Assembly (NCBI GenBank): GCA_964627085.1
Contig: CAZVIP010000001.1
Coordinates: 3,654 to 67,653 of the forward strand
Reading direction: 5' to 3'
DNA length: 64,000 bases
From: an uncultured Candidatus Saccharibacteria bacterium
GTDB lineage: Bacteria > Patescibacteriota > Minisyncoccia > Phycocordibacterales > CAIZLB01
Shown here: positions 11,173 through 20,650 of the stretch, in pieces
Position numbering within the stretch: position 1 is the stretch's first letter
How the letters are laid out: each line of letters opens with the position of its first letter
The notes under the pieces: generated by a model
Databases searched by the model: none
What the model was told of the DNA's origin: nothing
The model's input: only the letters and a program-made list of their open reading frames with translations
Translations under genes and position numbers: made by a program

Positions 11173-11592
11173 TTATTTCTTCGCTTCTTTTGGACGTTTT
11201 GTACCGTATGCAGATCGCTCCTTTCGTCGCTTGTCTACTCCAGCACAGTCGAGCTTACCTCGGACGATTGTGTATCTAAGACCTACGTCTTTTACACGAC
11301 CACCTCGGAGAAGTACTACTGAGTGCTCTTGTAGGTTGTGACCCATACCTGGGATATATGCAGTAACTTCATAACCGTTTGTAAGTCTTACTCGAGCAAT
11401 CTTTCGAACCGCTGAGTTAGGCTTCTTTGGAGTCTTTGTAGTTACCTTTGTACATACACCTCGCTTGAATGGAGAGTCATACTTTACAGGTCTGTTCAAA
11501 AGATGGTTGAAACCACGAGTTAAAGCCACAGCTTTTGATTTTCGCTTGGCCTTAAATCGATTCTTTTTTACTAATTGGTTTAATGTTGGCAT
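11173..11592 (-). CDS. rpsL: 30S ribosomal protein S12
   Basis: 139 aa. PTLNQL...PKKPNSA(L/V)RK...VRLTNG and highly conserved S12 core. Confidence 0.97.
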   Translation of the reverse strand: MPTLNQLVKKNRFKAKRKSKAVALTRGFNHLLNRPVKYDSPFKRGVCTKVTTKTPKKPNSAVRKIARVRLTNGYEVTAYIPGMGHNLQEHSVVLLRGGRVKDVGLRYTIVRGKLDCAGVDKRRKERSAYGTKRPKEAKK

Positions 11593-11786
11593 TAATTACT
11601 TTACTTAAATTTATTCTGATCATTGCAAAAGCCCTGACCCTCGTATAAGTGGACTAAAGACTACTATAAATATAGTTAGAAAGCAAGGCTTTACCCTAGA
11701 TGACGACAATTATATGTAATCCGAGTGCATTCTGACTGGCAATTGACTAACAGCCACCCGGCAACTAACCGACAAATGCCTGACAA

Positions 11787-12392
11787 CTAGCCAACAATTA
11801 CCTTAAAAATGAAGGAAATGACCGGGTTTATTATCTCAACAAAGGCAAAGATAAAAATTAAAGTGAGAAAAAAACCATAACCCTCTATTTTTCTGAACAA
11901 TTCTGCTGTTTTCATTGGGAAAAGCGCATAAAGCACCTTTGAACCATCAAGTGGCGGCAAAGGGACCATATTGAATACTGCGAGCGCGATGTTTGTATAT
12001 ATAGCCATTACAAGTAGTGTTTGTGTGTGCTCGAGTAATCCAACACCATAAAACCTTAATATTAGCCCTAGAATCGTGGCAATTACGACATTTGATAGCG
12101 GGCCAGCTATTGCAACAATTGCCTCACCAAAACGCTTGTTCTTGAGGTTATAAGGATTAAAAGGGACAGGCTTCGCCCAACCAAGCATCAAGCTCCCTGG
12201 CAAAAGCATACATATAATAGGAACAACCACAGATCCTACTGGATCGACATGCTTCAAAGGATTCAAAGTAAGTCTCCCTGCGAGTTTTGCAGTTGGATCA
12301 CCCTGCCAAAGCGCCGCCACACCATGCGATACCTCATGTATAACAACCGAAAAGATGAGGATAATGAATGAAAAAATGAGTAACAAAGCCAT
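11787..12392 (-). CDS. Site-2 protease family (peptidase M50-like) membrane metalloprotease
   Basis: 201 aa polytopic membrane protein with an HEVSHG (HExxH) motif in a TM helix, typical of the M50/S2P family. Confidence 0.7.
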   Translation of the reverse strand: MALLLIFSFIILIFSVVIHEVSHGVAALWQGDPTAKLAGRLTLNPLKHVDPVGSVVVPIICMLLPGSLMLGWAKPVPFNPYNLKNKRFGEAIVAIAGPLSNVVIATILGLILRFYGVGLLEHTQTLLVMAIYTNIALAVFNMVPLPPLDGSKVLYALFPMKTAELFRKIEGYGFFLTLIFIFAFVEIINPVISFIFKVIVG

Positions 12393-12456
12393 GGTCTATG
12401 AGTTAGTGTAAATAAATATTGCCAAACTTAAAATGTATGATACCATGGCTCTACAT

Positions 12457-12699
12457 ATGTCAAAAGTCTGCGCAATTACAAAAAGAAGCTCTCAAAGAGG
12501 CGGCGGTTATTCAAACGCTGTTCGAGCCACTAAATTCAACCCAACAGGAATTGTCCGAAAGTATGCAAACCTTCAGACCAAGAAGATTTTCATCCCTGAA
12601 ATCAACAAATCTGTTCGATTGACTATTTCTACTCGAGCACTCAAGACTATTCAGAAGAATGGTGCGTACGCAACTCTCAAAAAAGCTAACTTGATCTAA
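12457..12699 (+). CDS. rpmB: 50S ribosomal protein L28
   Basis: MSKVCAITKRSSQRGGGYSNAVRATKFNP is L28-like. Start taken at the internal ATG 12457. A palindromic terminator follows at about 12727-12760. Confidence 0.85.
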   Translation: MSKVCAITKRSSQRGGGYSNAVRATKFNPTGIVRKYANLQTKKIFIPEINKSVRLTISTRALKTIQKNGAYATLKKANLI

Positions 12700-12815
12700 A
12701 TCGGTTATTTTTATAAGTTCGATGGAAAAGGCGCCATGATGGCGCTTTTTTCTTTTCATCATTTATAGTTGGCAGGTAGAGCATCGACACTGTTGTTGTA
12801 CATACTATTTCTGAC

Positions 12816-13832
12816 CTACCGTTTCTGCTGTTGTGCCTCATACATATAGAATCGCGCCGTACCAAGATTGTCTGTTCGGTAAATTTGTTTTTCAGGAACA
12901 TATCTCTTAAGAAGATCCACTACTTGTTTATGCGGGTGGCCGTATGAATTTTTTTCGCCGGATGATATCAGTACTATTTTGGGCTTAATGGTGCTGAGCA
13001 GATATTCTGAAGTTGAGGTCTTTGATCCATGGTGACCAACTTTTAAAATATCGATTGTCCCTGCTCTCTGCGCAAAAATCTTTTCTTCTTCTATACCTGA
13101 GTCACCAGTGAATAGAATTTTATTACCGTTGTTTTGTGAATTGAAAACAAAGACAACTGAGTCTTCATTTGCGGCGCGATTGTTTGTATTTGTCTTTAGC
13201 CTTGAAATCTCTTTTTTGAAATCTGGATAAATAATATTTATACTCGCATCTTTTTGTGCGCGCGCTACAGACTGCACATTATTTTTTTTCGGTAAATTTG
13301 AATGAAATGTTACTCCCACACCATTGAATCCAAGTCTCAGTATTTTTACTCTGCTAATTTTTTTGTCGTCCTTCAGGCGATCTATATATCCATATTTTAG
13401 GGGTGAAGAAATTATTGCCCCGACCTTGTATGACTTGAGTAGTTTTGAAATCACACCCGCATGATCAGCGTCATCGTGTGTCAAAAAAATCAGGTCATAT
13501 GTCTTGCGTTTATATGAAATTGTTTTGAACATATTTTTGAGAATATCAGGAAGACCCCCAAGCTCCGCACTCCGCACATCTGATTCGCTTTTTTCAAATT
13601 TACTAAAATCATTACCTGTGTCGATTAAGATTTTTTGCCCGTGACTTAGCTTCAATGAAAAACTGTCACCTTGTCCAATATCTTTCATTGTGAGTATCTC
13701 AACCTGATTTTCACTGAGTATTCTTTGCCATAACACATAGCCCAAAATGTTCGTGGATGAGACAAAAAGACCCGCCCCCAAAACTAGAAATAGAACCTTT
13801 GTGTAGACATGGTATACTGCTCTTGAAATCAT
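12816..13832 (-). CDS. ComEC/Rec2-type metallo-beta-lactamase domain protein (stand-alone C-terminal ComEC module) with N-terminal TM
   Basis: HDDADHAG and VGHHGS motifs of the MBL fold, laid out as in the ComEC C-terminal domain. Confidence 0.75.
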   Translation of the reverse strand: MISRAVYHVYTKVLFLVLGAGLFVSSTNILGYVLWQRILSENQVEILTMKDIGQGDSFSLKLSHGQKILIDTGNDFSKFEKSESDVRSAELGGLPDILKNMFKTISYKRKTYDLIFLTHDDADHAGVISKLLKSYKVGAIISSPLKYGYIDRLKDDKKISRVKILRLGFNGVGVTFHSNLPKKNNVQSVARAQKDASINIIYPDFKKEISRLKTNTNNRAANEDSVVFVFNSQNNGNKILFTGDSGIEEEKIFAQRAGTIDILKVGHHGSKTSTSEYLLSTIKPKIVLISSGEKNSYGHPHKQVVDLLKRYVPEKQIYRTDNLGTARFYMYEAQQQKR

Positions 13833-13858
13833 TTACTAGATTTAATTAATTTATTGAT

Positions 13859-14452
13859 ATGACATTTATTGAGAAAAAATTTGAGATCCCAGCACTTGAT
13901 GGCATTAGCCAAAAGACAGTCGATGAACACCTCAAGCTTTATGCAGGGTATGTGAAGCATGCAAACTTAATCCAGGAAAAGCTAAAGGAACTCTACAAAG
14001 ATCAACCTGCAAATGTGTATGTAATTGGTGAGCTCCACAGGCGCTTTGGTTTTGAATTTGATGGAATGAGAAACCACGAACTTTATTTCGATCAGCTCCA
14101 AGGTTCTGCATCACCACTTAGTTCAGACAGTGCGCTCGCACAAAAAATTTCTGCGACATGGGGATCAGTCGAAACATGGATGATTGAGTTCAAAAGTCTC
14201 TGTCTCACACGAGGTATCGGATGGTCGATTTTGCACTATGATAAAAACACTGACACTCTTATCAATTCATGGATCGAGGAACAACATCTTGGACATCTAG
14301 CCGGTGTTGATATTGTCTATGCACTCGATATGTGGGAACACTCATATATGCTCGACTATGTCCCAAGTGAAAAGAAAAATTATGTTGAGTCTTTTATAAA
14401 GAATACAAATTTCTCTGTCCTTGAAAAAAGATTTGAAGCACTACAGTCTTAG
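13859..14452 (+). CDS. sod: Fe/Mn superoxide dismutase
   Basis: 197 aa. DMWEHSYMLDY signature and N-terminal helical hairpin (HxxKHH-like). Hairpin terminator at 14453-14478. Confidence 0.9.
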   Translation: MTFIEKKFEIPALDGISQKTVDEHLKLYAGYVKHANLIQEKLKELYKDQPANVYVIGELHRRFGFEFDGMRNHELYFDQLQGSASPLSSDSALAQKISATWGSVETWMIEFKSLCLTRGIGWSILHYDKNTDTLINSWIEEQHLGHLAGVDIVYALDMWEHSYMLDYVPSEKKNYVESFIKNTNFSVLEKRFEALQS

Positions 14453-14620
14453 ATTAAAGTCAGTCGACTTTTTGTCCTAACCACCCTCCTCTGCCACATA
14501 AATCAAACCTATAATTTGTTTGGCACACAGGTAATGTGTTACATACATCTCAAAACTTCTGCCAGTATTGATCCGGCAGGAGTTTTGTTTTTTTGTGAGC
14601 ATATTCTGATTTGCTGTTTT

Positions 14621-16180
14621 TTAGCCATCTTTGATTTGTGTGTTATTCAATCTGGGTTCATGTCTGTAACTTAGATAATTCAGAAAGAAAATTGCAGGCA
14701 ATAGATAGGCATATGCAGTGCACATTTCAACAGTTGAATATATTTTGAGCGGTATTGTTGAGAAAGTGAATGATGAAAAAAACTCAGCCACCCATATTAT
14801 CTCTCCTAACAAAATTGATGAAACCCCTTTGAATAACATAGCGAGAGGCAAAGTGATGTAACTCGCACACAGCATAAGAAGTACCATAAGCATGGTAAAG
14901 GGAATAATAGGAAGTACGAGTATATTTGAGAAAATGAATACTGTAGAGAGATCACCTGATATGTGTAACAGAAGTGGAAATACCAAAATCTGTGTTGCAA
15001 GTGAACTTGAAATTATCTCTCGGAGCATAAATTTTTTTGGAATAAATTTTATCAAATTCCCTATCGGACCAGTCAAAGTCATAAGTCCTAGTGTCGCCAT
15101 AAAGCTCAGTTGAAAAGACATGTCGTATAGCGGAAGCAATGGATTGTGAATAGACATAATAAGTCCGGTGATAAGCAGTAGCATGACCGATGAATTCGAC
15201 TCAAGAAAACTTGTCCCGCGCGGTTCGGGGTCTAAATCTGAATTTGAATTAGGTCCGATATCACCATCACTCATCTCATTATTTTTTTCCGGAATCTTAT
15301 TTTCATAAATTCCAATGAGTGTGTTAACAATCACTGGCACACCACTCATGAGCACAGATCTGACAACGGATGGCGAGGCACCGGTCATCAAGCAAAACAA
15401 AGTCATCAAAACCAAACCGAACACTGATTGTGCAAGCGGTGGAAATCTTTTGAGAACTGAGAAAAGTGCCACCGAAATAATGGAGACATTTGATCCAGAT
15501 AAAACAACAATATGTATCAATCCAACTTTTCTGAATTGCTCGAGTAGTTCAGGTGTCATCGTACCCTTCCCCGAAATAGTGAGGCCAGAAGCAAGGTCAC
15601 TCAGTGGACTATCCAAAAGTGAAAATATTTTATTTTCTAGACGCTTCCGTAAATCAATCAAGCTCCGAGTGAGTGTAAAAGAATGCCTTTGAGTCATCTC
15701 ATGTATCACAAGTTTTTTTATTTCAAATCGTATTCTCTCTTTTCTCAAAAAGTTTGCGTAGCTCAGTTTTTTATCATCACATCCTGAGTTCCCTGAAAGA
15801 CATCTATCTATCTGACCGAGGTTACCAGAAACATACAACATGTCTCCAATATCGACCGATTCATTGATACCAATTTTCGCGAGAGTATCCACCAATGCAA
15901 GACCGTATATATTCGCTGACACATATTCTGGATCACTGACTGTGCCACACATCTTAAAATCTGCCGACTCACACACCTCTGTGACTCTTATCTTGAATGT
16001 ATATTTCTCTGATTTTATTTTTGGCTCCTCGGCGACAAGTATTTTGAAAAAACCTCTCCCGACATGTCGACTAAGTTCTGTCTCCCGAGATTCGGATTCG
16101 GTCACTGAAAAATACCGGATACCATACACCAGACAAAGCACAACCAAAAGAATAATCTGAAGTTTTGTTTTTACCCTCAC
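14621..16180 (-). CDS. comEC: ComEC/Rec2 competence-domain membrane protein (N-terminal/core ComEC module, no MBL domain)
   Basis: 519 aa polytopic. GLIHIVVLSGSNVSII matches the ComEC competence-domain signature. Low-complexity insert present. Apparent GTG start. Confidence 0.75.
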   Translation of the reverse strand: MRVKTKLQIILLVVLCLVYGIRYFSVTESESRETELSRHVGRGFFKILVAEEPKIKSEKYTFKIRVTEVCESADFKMCGTVSDPEYVSANIYGLALVDTLAKIGINESVDIGDMLYVSGNLGQIDRCLSGNSGCDDKKLSYANFLRKERIRFEIKKLVIHEMTQRHSFTLTRSLIDLRKRLENKIFSLLDSPLSDLASGLTISGKGTMTPELLEQFRKVGLIHIVVLSGSNVSIISVALFSVLKRFPPLAQSVFGLVLMTLFCLMTGASPSVVRSVLMSGVPVIVNTLIGIYENKIPEKNNEMSDGDIGPNSNSDLDPEPRGTSFLESNSSVMLLLITGLIMSIHNPLLPLYDMSFQLSFMATLGLMTLTGPIGNLIKFIPKKFMLREIISSSLATQILVFPLLLHISGDLSTVFIFSNILVLPIIPFTMLMVLLMLCASYITLPLAMLFKGVSSILLGEIIWVAEFFSSFTFSTIPLKIYSTVEMCTAYAYLLPAIFFLNYLSYRHEPRLNNTQIKDG

Positions 16181-16192
16181 CTTGCCATCATA

Positions 16193-16232
16193 AAAAAGTA
16201 CACATTAAATAATGTGTACTTTTTTCTCAAAT
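16193..16232. terminator. Bidirectional hairpin terminator between rnhA and comEC
   Basis: aaaaaagtacacatt-aaat-aatgtgtactttttt perfect hairpin with flanking runs. Confidence 0.6.
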
Positions 16233-16283
16233 ATTTCCGAAGCCTCAAAACACAGGTGTCCCCACTTTTCTTAATCAACTAGA

Positions 16284-17069
16284 TTAACCAATCTTCAAAA
16301 ACTCACTCACGATTTCATCTTCATTAGATTTTGAAAAAGATTTCTTAAACTTTGCTTTTGATGTACCCTTCACTCTTTTTTCACATTCAGCCCAAGTCTG
16401 ATCTTTGAATATTTGGCCGTCCACCATACTGACATATGAATAAGCTATTGCACTTTTTGATTTTCCGCTGGCAGATTTTTTATTGTCCTTAAAAGTTTTT
16501 ATTTCTTGCTCACTGATAAGCACCAATACATCCTGGTGCGAATAATCTTCTGCAAAACCAGAATAAAGATCTTCAGGATTTCCATCGGCAAAAGAAGTTG
16601 CAATGACATCACATCTTTCATTACCAGGCACTCCAGCATGTCCGGGCACCTGTCTCCACTCAAATGCAAAACCATTTGATTTTAATTTGATGAGTACTTC
16701 ATCAATCGACTTCCAGATATCGGCATTTTTTACATCCTCCTTTCCTTGAGTTATCCAATTATTTCTTTTCCACCCTTTGATCCAGGTTGTGATTCCATTT
16801 ATTAAATAGCCCGAATCCGTATGAATAATACAAGTTTTCTTGATGTCATTTTCCTGATAGTAATCAACAAAAGACTCGAGAGCCTTGAGCAGCGCCATCA
16901 TCTCCATACGATTATTTGTGGTGAGTGCCTCTTTTCCTCCAAATTCATCAACTTTAATTCTGCCATGCGAATCTGGATATACGGCAATTGACCCATATCC
17001 CCCAGGACCAGGATTACCCCTTGATGAACCGTCGCTGTAAATAACTATCGATGCTGGTTTATGTGACAT
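16284..17069 (-). CDS. rnhA: Ribonuclease HI with about 100-aa C-terminal extension
   Basis: DGSSRGNPGPGGYG, TNNRMEMMALL, HTDS and VPGHAGVPGNERCD motifs of RNase H type 1, plus an extra Lys/Ser-rich C-terminal region. Confidence 0.9.
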   Translation of the reverse strand: MSHKPASIVIYSDGSSRGNPGPGGYGSIAVYPDSHGRIKVDEFGGKEALTTNNRMEMMALLKALESFVDYYQENDIKKTCIIHTDSGYLINGITTWIKGWKRNNWITQGKEDVKNADIWKSIDEVLIKLKSNGFAFEWRQVPGHAGVPGNERCDVIATSFADGNPEDLYSGFAEDYSHQDVLVLISEQEIKTFKDNKKSASGKSKSAIAYSYVSMVDGQIFKDQTWAECEKRVKGTSKAKFKKSFSKSNEDEIVSEFLKIG

Positions 17070-17140
17070 ATTATTTATTAAAATTTAATCTGCGATTTTA
17101 TATTTTATGCTTTTATATTTAAGCCAAAACAATATGACCA

Positions 17141-18928
17141 TTATATAACATTTAAAACTTTTATCCTGACTTCACTTGCTCCCCTAAACTGATTGAGCTC
17201 AAGCTGGCCAATAATGACTGGGTTTTTGATAGCCATGAGCTCAGCGAGCTTGTCCGCTCCAGTATATTCAGTAAAAAACTGTATACCTTTTATATGCCCG
17301 CAATCAATTTCTAGATGCTCTTTTGTCTTACCAAATAGCCTAGGTGAAATAGCATGTAGCCCTCTTATCGCAAAGATAGGTCTTTCATTTCCAACTCCAA
17401 ATGGCGACAGCTTGGCAATTTCAGTATATAAACCACGACCAACATCCTTGATATCAATTTCAAGGTCGACAATTGGCAGATCCGAACCTGTAGGCGAAGC
17501 ACTTTCTGACAGACCTGCATCTGCAATTTTATTTTTATTGTCGCTTTTATTCACATATATTTTGTGAAAAGCGCCAACAAGCCCCGCCTCAAGCTCCGCA
17601 ACTTGTTCATTCGTAGTCGAAAACCCTCCTGACATGGCATGTCCGCCTTTGTTCACAAATAAACCCTCTCTAGTACCATTCATAAGCTCGACAATATCGA
17701 CACCCTCAACAGATCTCACTGAACCTTTTATAAGTCCATCATCACTTTGACCCCATACAAATACAGGCTTTTTTGCCAGCTTGAGTATTTGTGTGGCTAC
17801 AAGCCCGAGTATCGGCGGTTTCCATCCTTTGTCACCAATGACAATCACCGGCAACTGTGCGTCCATACCCTTGAGCATAGTATTCACCTGCTTCATGGTT
17901 TCAGCGACCATTGTTTTTCGTTTTGTATTGATGGTGTCGAGCTCTTTTGCCAATCTCATAGCATCATCAAAATTTTGTGCAGTAAGTAAATCAAAAGCCA
18001 ATGCAGGAGAGGCAAGTCTTGAAGCAACATTGATGCGTGGCGAGATTGTAAATGTCACATCTTCTTCCTGCATCTTACTTTTTGGAATAGCATTGCATTC
18101 ACAAAGGGCATTTATCCCAAATCTCTTTGACTTACGAAGAACAATTAGACCGAAATACGCAAGGACACGATTTTCACCAACAAGTGGTACCATGTCAGAT
18201 AACGTTGAAATACCCACCAAATCAAGGAGCCATTTTTCATACCCTTCTGGAATACTAGCCTTATATATAAGGTTATTTTGTTGAATAGTTTTGACCAAAG
18301 CGACGACAATCTTATACATCACCGCAGCTCCACAGAGCATTTTTTCAGGATATAGACATGTCTGCTGTTTTGGATTCACAATTGCAAATACATCCGGCAC
18401 AATATCATGTGGCAAGTGATGATCTGTAACAACAATATCAATATCTCTCCCTTTTGTTTTTTGTGAATAAGCTCTGATATCAGCACATGGAGCAACATCT
18501 GCAATACCACAATCAATCGTGATAACCAACCTGCAATCAGCATCAATATATGGCTCAACTACTGAGCTATGTAGTCCGAAACCTTTTTCGTGTCTATCTG
18601 GGGCAATATACGAGACATTTGAATATGAAATTGTCGTAAAGAAATCATGAATTATAGATGCCCCTGGCAAACCATCTGCATCATAATCAGAGTAAATTAA
18701 AATATGTTCATTGTTTTCAATAGCAGAAAGTATCCTTGTGACTACTTTTTCCATATCCTTGAGTAAAAAAGGGTCATGTATACCCGACTCAAAATCTGGT
18801 GACAAAAACGAATCCCTTTCAATGTCAGAGACTCCACGCAAGTGAAGTAATTTATCCAAAATACTCATATCTTTATAATCCGCATCGAATCCTTTTCCAC
18901 CAGTATGCTGCTTGAGTATATATTTCAT
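17141..18928 (-). CDS. recJ: Single-stranded-DNA-specific exonuclease RecJ
   Basis: 595 aa. DHH motifs (YSDYDADGL, VTDHH) and DHHA1 region. Confidence 0.9.
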   Translation of the reverse strand: MKYILKQHTGGKGFDADYKDMSILDKLLHLRGVSDIERDSFLSPDFESGIHDPFLLKDMEKVVTRILSAIENNEHILIYSDYDADGLPGASIIHDFFTTISYSNVSYIAPDRHEKGFGLHSSVVEPYIDADCRLVITIDCGIADVAPCADIRAYSQKTKGRDIDIVVTDHHLPHDIVPDVFAIVNPKQQTCLYPEKMLCGAAVMYKIVVALVKTIQQNNLIYKASIPEGYEKWLLDLVGISTLSDMVPLVGENRVLAYFGLIVLRKSKRFGINALCECNAIPKSKMQEEDVTFTISPRINVASRLASPALAFDLLTAQNFDDAMRLAKELDTINTKRKTMVAETMKQVNTMLKGMDAQLPVIVIGDKGWKPPILGLVATQILKLAKKPVFVWGQSDDGLIKGSVRSVEGVDIVELMNGTREGLFVNKGGHAMSGGFSTTNEQVAELEAGLVGAFHKIYVNKSDNKNKIADAGLSESASPTGSDLPIVDLEIDIKDVGRGLYTEIAKLSPFGVGNERPIFAIRGLHAISPRLFGKTKEHLEIDCGHIKGIQFFTEYTGADKLAELMAIKNPVIIGQLELNQFRGASEVRIKVLNVI

Positions 18929-18959
18929 AAGACTTGTTATTTCCGGATTCTATCATAGA

Positions 18960-19409
18960 ATGCATAATATGAATCAAAAAATGCATGCAAATCACCAAGA
19001 AGATTGTGTTTTCTGTAAAATTGTTACTGGAGATATCCCAGCCACAAAAATATATGAAGACAGTGAAACCCTAGCCTTTTTAGACATTTCCCCTGTTAGC
19101 CCTGGTCACACTCTCGTAATTCCAAAAGACCATTTCGAAAATATATACACCACACCCACAGAGCTATACTGCAGAATCCAAATGTCAGTACAAAAAGTAG
19201 CACTTGCGGTCAAACAAGCAGTTGATGCAGATGGCATAAACATTATTTCAAACAATGAAGCCGCAGCAGGTCAGGTCATCAACCACTCTCATGTACACAT
19301 CATTCCAAGACATAATGACGACAGTCTCGCCCACTGGCCACATATCCAATACAAAACCGAACAAGAAATCAGCGACACGGCCGAGAAGATCAGAAAAGAG
19401 CTCAACTAG
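18960..19409 (+). CDS. HIT (histidine triad) family hydrolase
   Basis: CVFCKI...GHTLVIPK...HSHVHIIPR (HxHxHxx) triad. Start is uncertain (several in-frame ATGs from 18912 to 18981); 18960 is chosen to reduce overlap with the recJ start. Confidence 0.8.
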   Translation: MHNMNQKMHANHQEDCVFCKIVTGDIPATKIYEDSETLAFLDISPVSPGHTLVIPKDHFENIYTTPTELYCRIQMSVQKVALAVKQAVDADGINIISNNEAAAGQVINHSHVHIIPRHNDDSLAHWPHIQYKTEQEISDTAEKIRKELN

Positions 19410-19441
19410 CGCTAAATTCAATTAGCAACTGACTTAGCTGG

Positions 19442-20650
19442 TTAGGCAAGCGCATCAATTCCAGGCAAAGTTTCATTTTGCAGAAATTCAATCATAGCCC
19501 CACCACCTGTTGATATATAGACTGATGGATTTACATTATCTATTTCTGCAATCGCAGCTGTCGTATCTCCACCACCAAGAAGTGACTCAATACCTCGGTC
19601 TGATAACAATTTAGCGAGAGCAATCGTTTGCTCTTTGAATCCAATTTCATAATTGCCCATAGGTCCATTCCAGAGTACAAATGGTTTTTGGCCACTTGCA
19701 TCACATTCATCAAAAAACTTAGTGACTTCTGCAATTAAATCAGGTCCGATATCCAATACTGATTCATTTCCACCTACCATATCTGTCGCCACAGTCCGGA
19801 TCTGTCCGTCTGTGTTTTTCACAATCACATCTTTTGGAATGATTAATTTCGGACTATTTATTATGGATGAAAGAGATACCTCGACATCACTCACGAGTGA
19901 AGTACCTACACTGAGCCCTTTTGCTTTCATAATATCGTTGAAAAGCGCACCACCAACAATAACCTTATCAGCACTCTGCATAAACTTTTCAATCAAAGGA
20001 AGTTTGGTTTCAAATTTTGCACCGCCAAGTACAAATAGAAATGGATGAGTTGGATGAAGTCCTTTTTTCAAAAAACTAATTTCTTTTTCAAGTTGGAATC
20101 CTGCAGCATGTGGAAGTAGTGCTGGCAAACCAGTAACTGATGCATGTGCTCTATGTGAGACAGAAAAAGCATCATTGATATAAAAATCCGCGAATGACGC
20201 AAGTATTTTCGCAAATGCAGGATCATTTTCTTTTTCCCCTGGTACCACTCGAAGGTTTTCAAACAAAACAATACTATCCCCCAAAGACATTATTTCAGCC
20301 TTAATTGAAGCCGCATTTTCAGGACTTACATATGCATCGTCAACAAAAAGTCTTGCTGGCATATCAGGCATGAAATTAACCGCAAATGGATATTCAGCAG
20401 GATTTGATGCATGAATATTATTAATATGCGCAGCGACAGCATCAAGACTTGCTTTTTGTTTATTCTCAATATGTGAGATTAAAATAATTTTTGCGCCCGC
20501 TTTAATCAAAAAAGAAATAGTCTCAAAAGATGATTTAATTCTAAAGTCATCAATCACCTTCCCATCGATAACCGGCACATTATAATCCACACGTACAATA
20601 ACTGTTTTTCCACTAAGTTCCGAAGGGTTTATTTGTGAGATGAGTTTCAT
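19442..20650 (-). CDS. pgk: Phosphoglycerate kinase
   Basis: 402 aa. Typical PGK N- and C-domain sequence. Its ATG directly abuts the tpiA stop. Confidence 0.9.
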   Translation of the reverse strand: MKLISQINPSELSGKTVIVRVDYNVPVIDGKVIDDFRIKSSFETISFLIKAGAKIILISHIENKQKASLDAVAAHINNIHASNPAEYPFAVNFMPDMPARLFVDDAYVSPENAASIKAEIMSLGDSIVLFENLRVVPGEKENDPAFAKILASFADFYINDAFSVSHRAHASVTGLPALLPHAAGFQLEKEISFLKKGLHPTHPFLFVLGGAKFETKLPLIEKFMQSADKVIVGGALFNDIMKAKGLSVGTSLVSDVEVSLSSIINSPKLIIPKDVIVKNTDGQIRTVATDMVGGNESVLDIGPDLIAEVTKFFDECDASGQKPFVLWNGPMGNYEIGFKEQTIALAKLLSDRGIESLLGGGDTTAAIAEIDNVNPSVYISTGGGAMIEFLQNETLPGIDALA

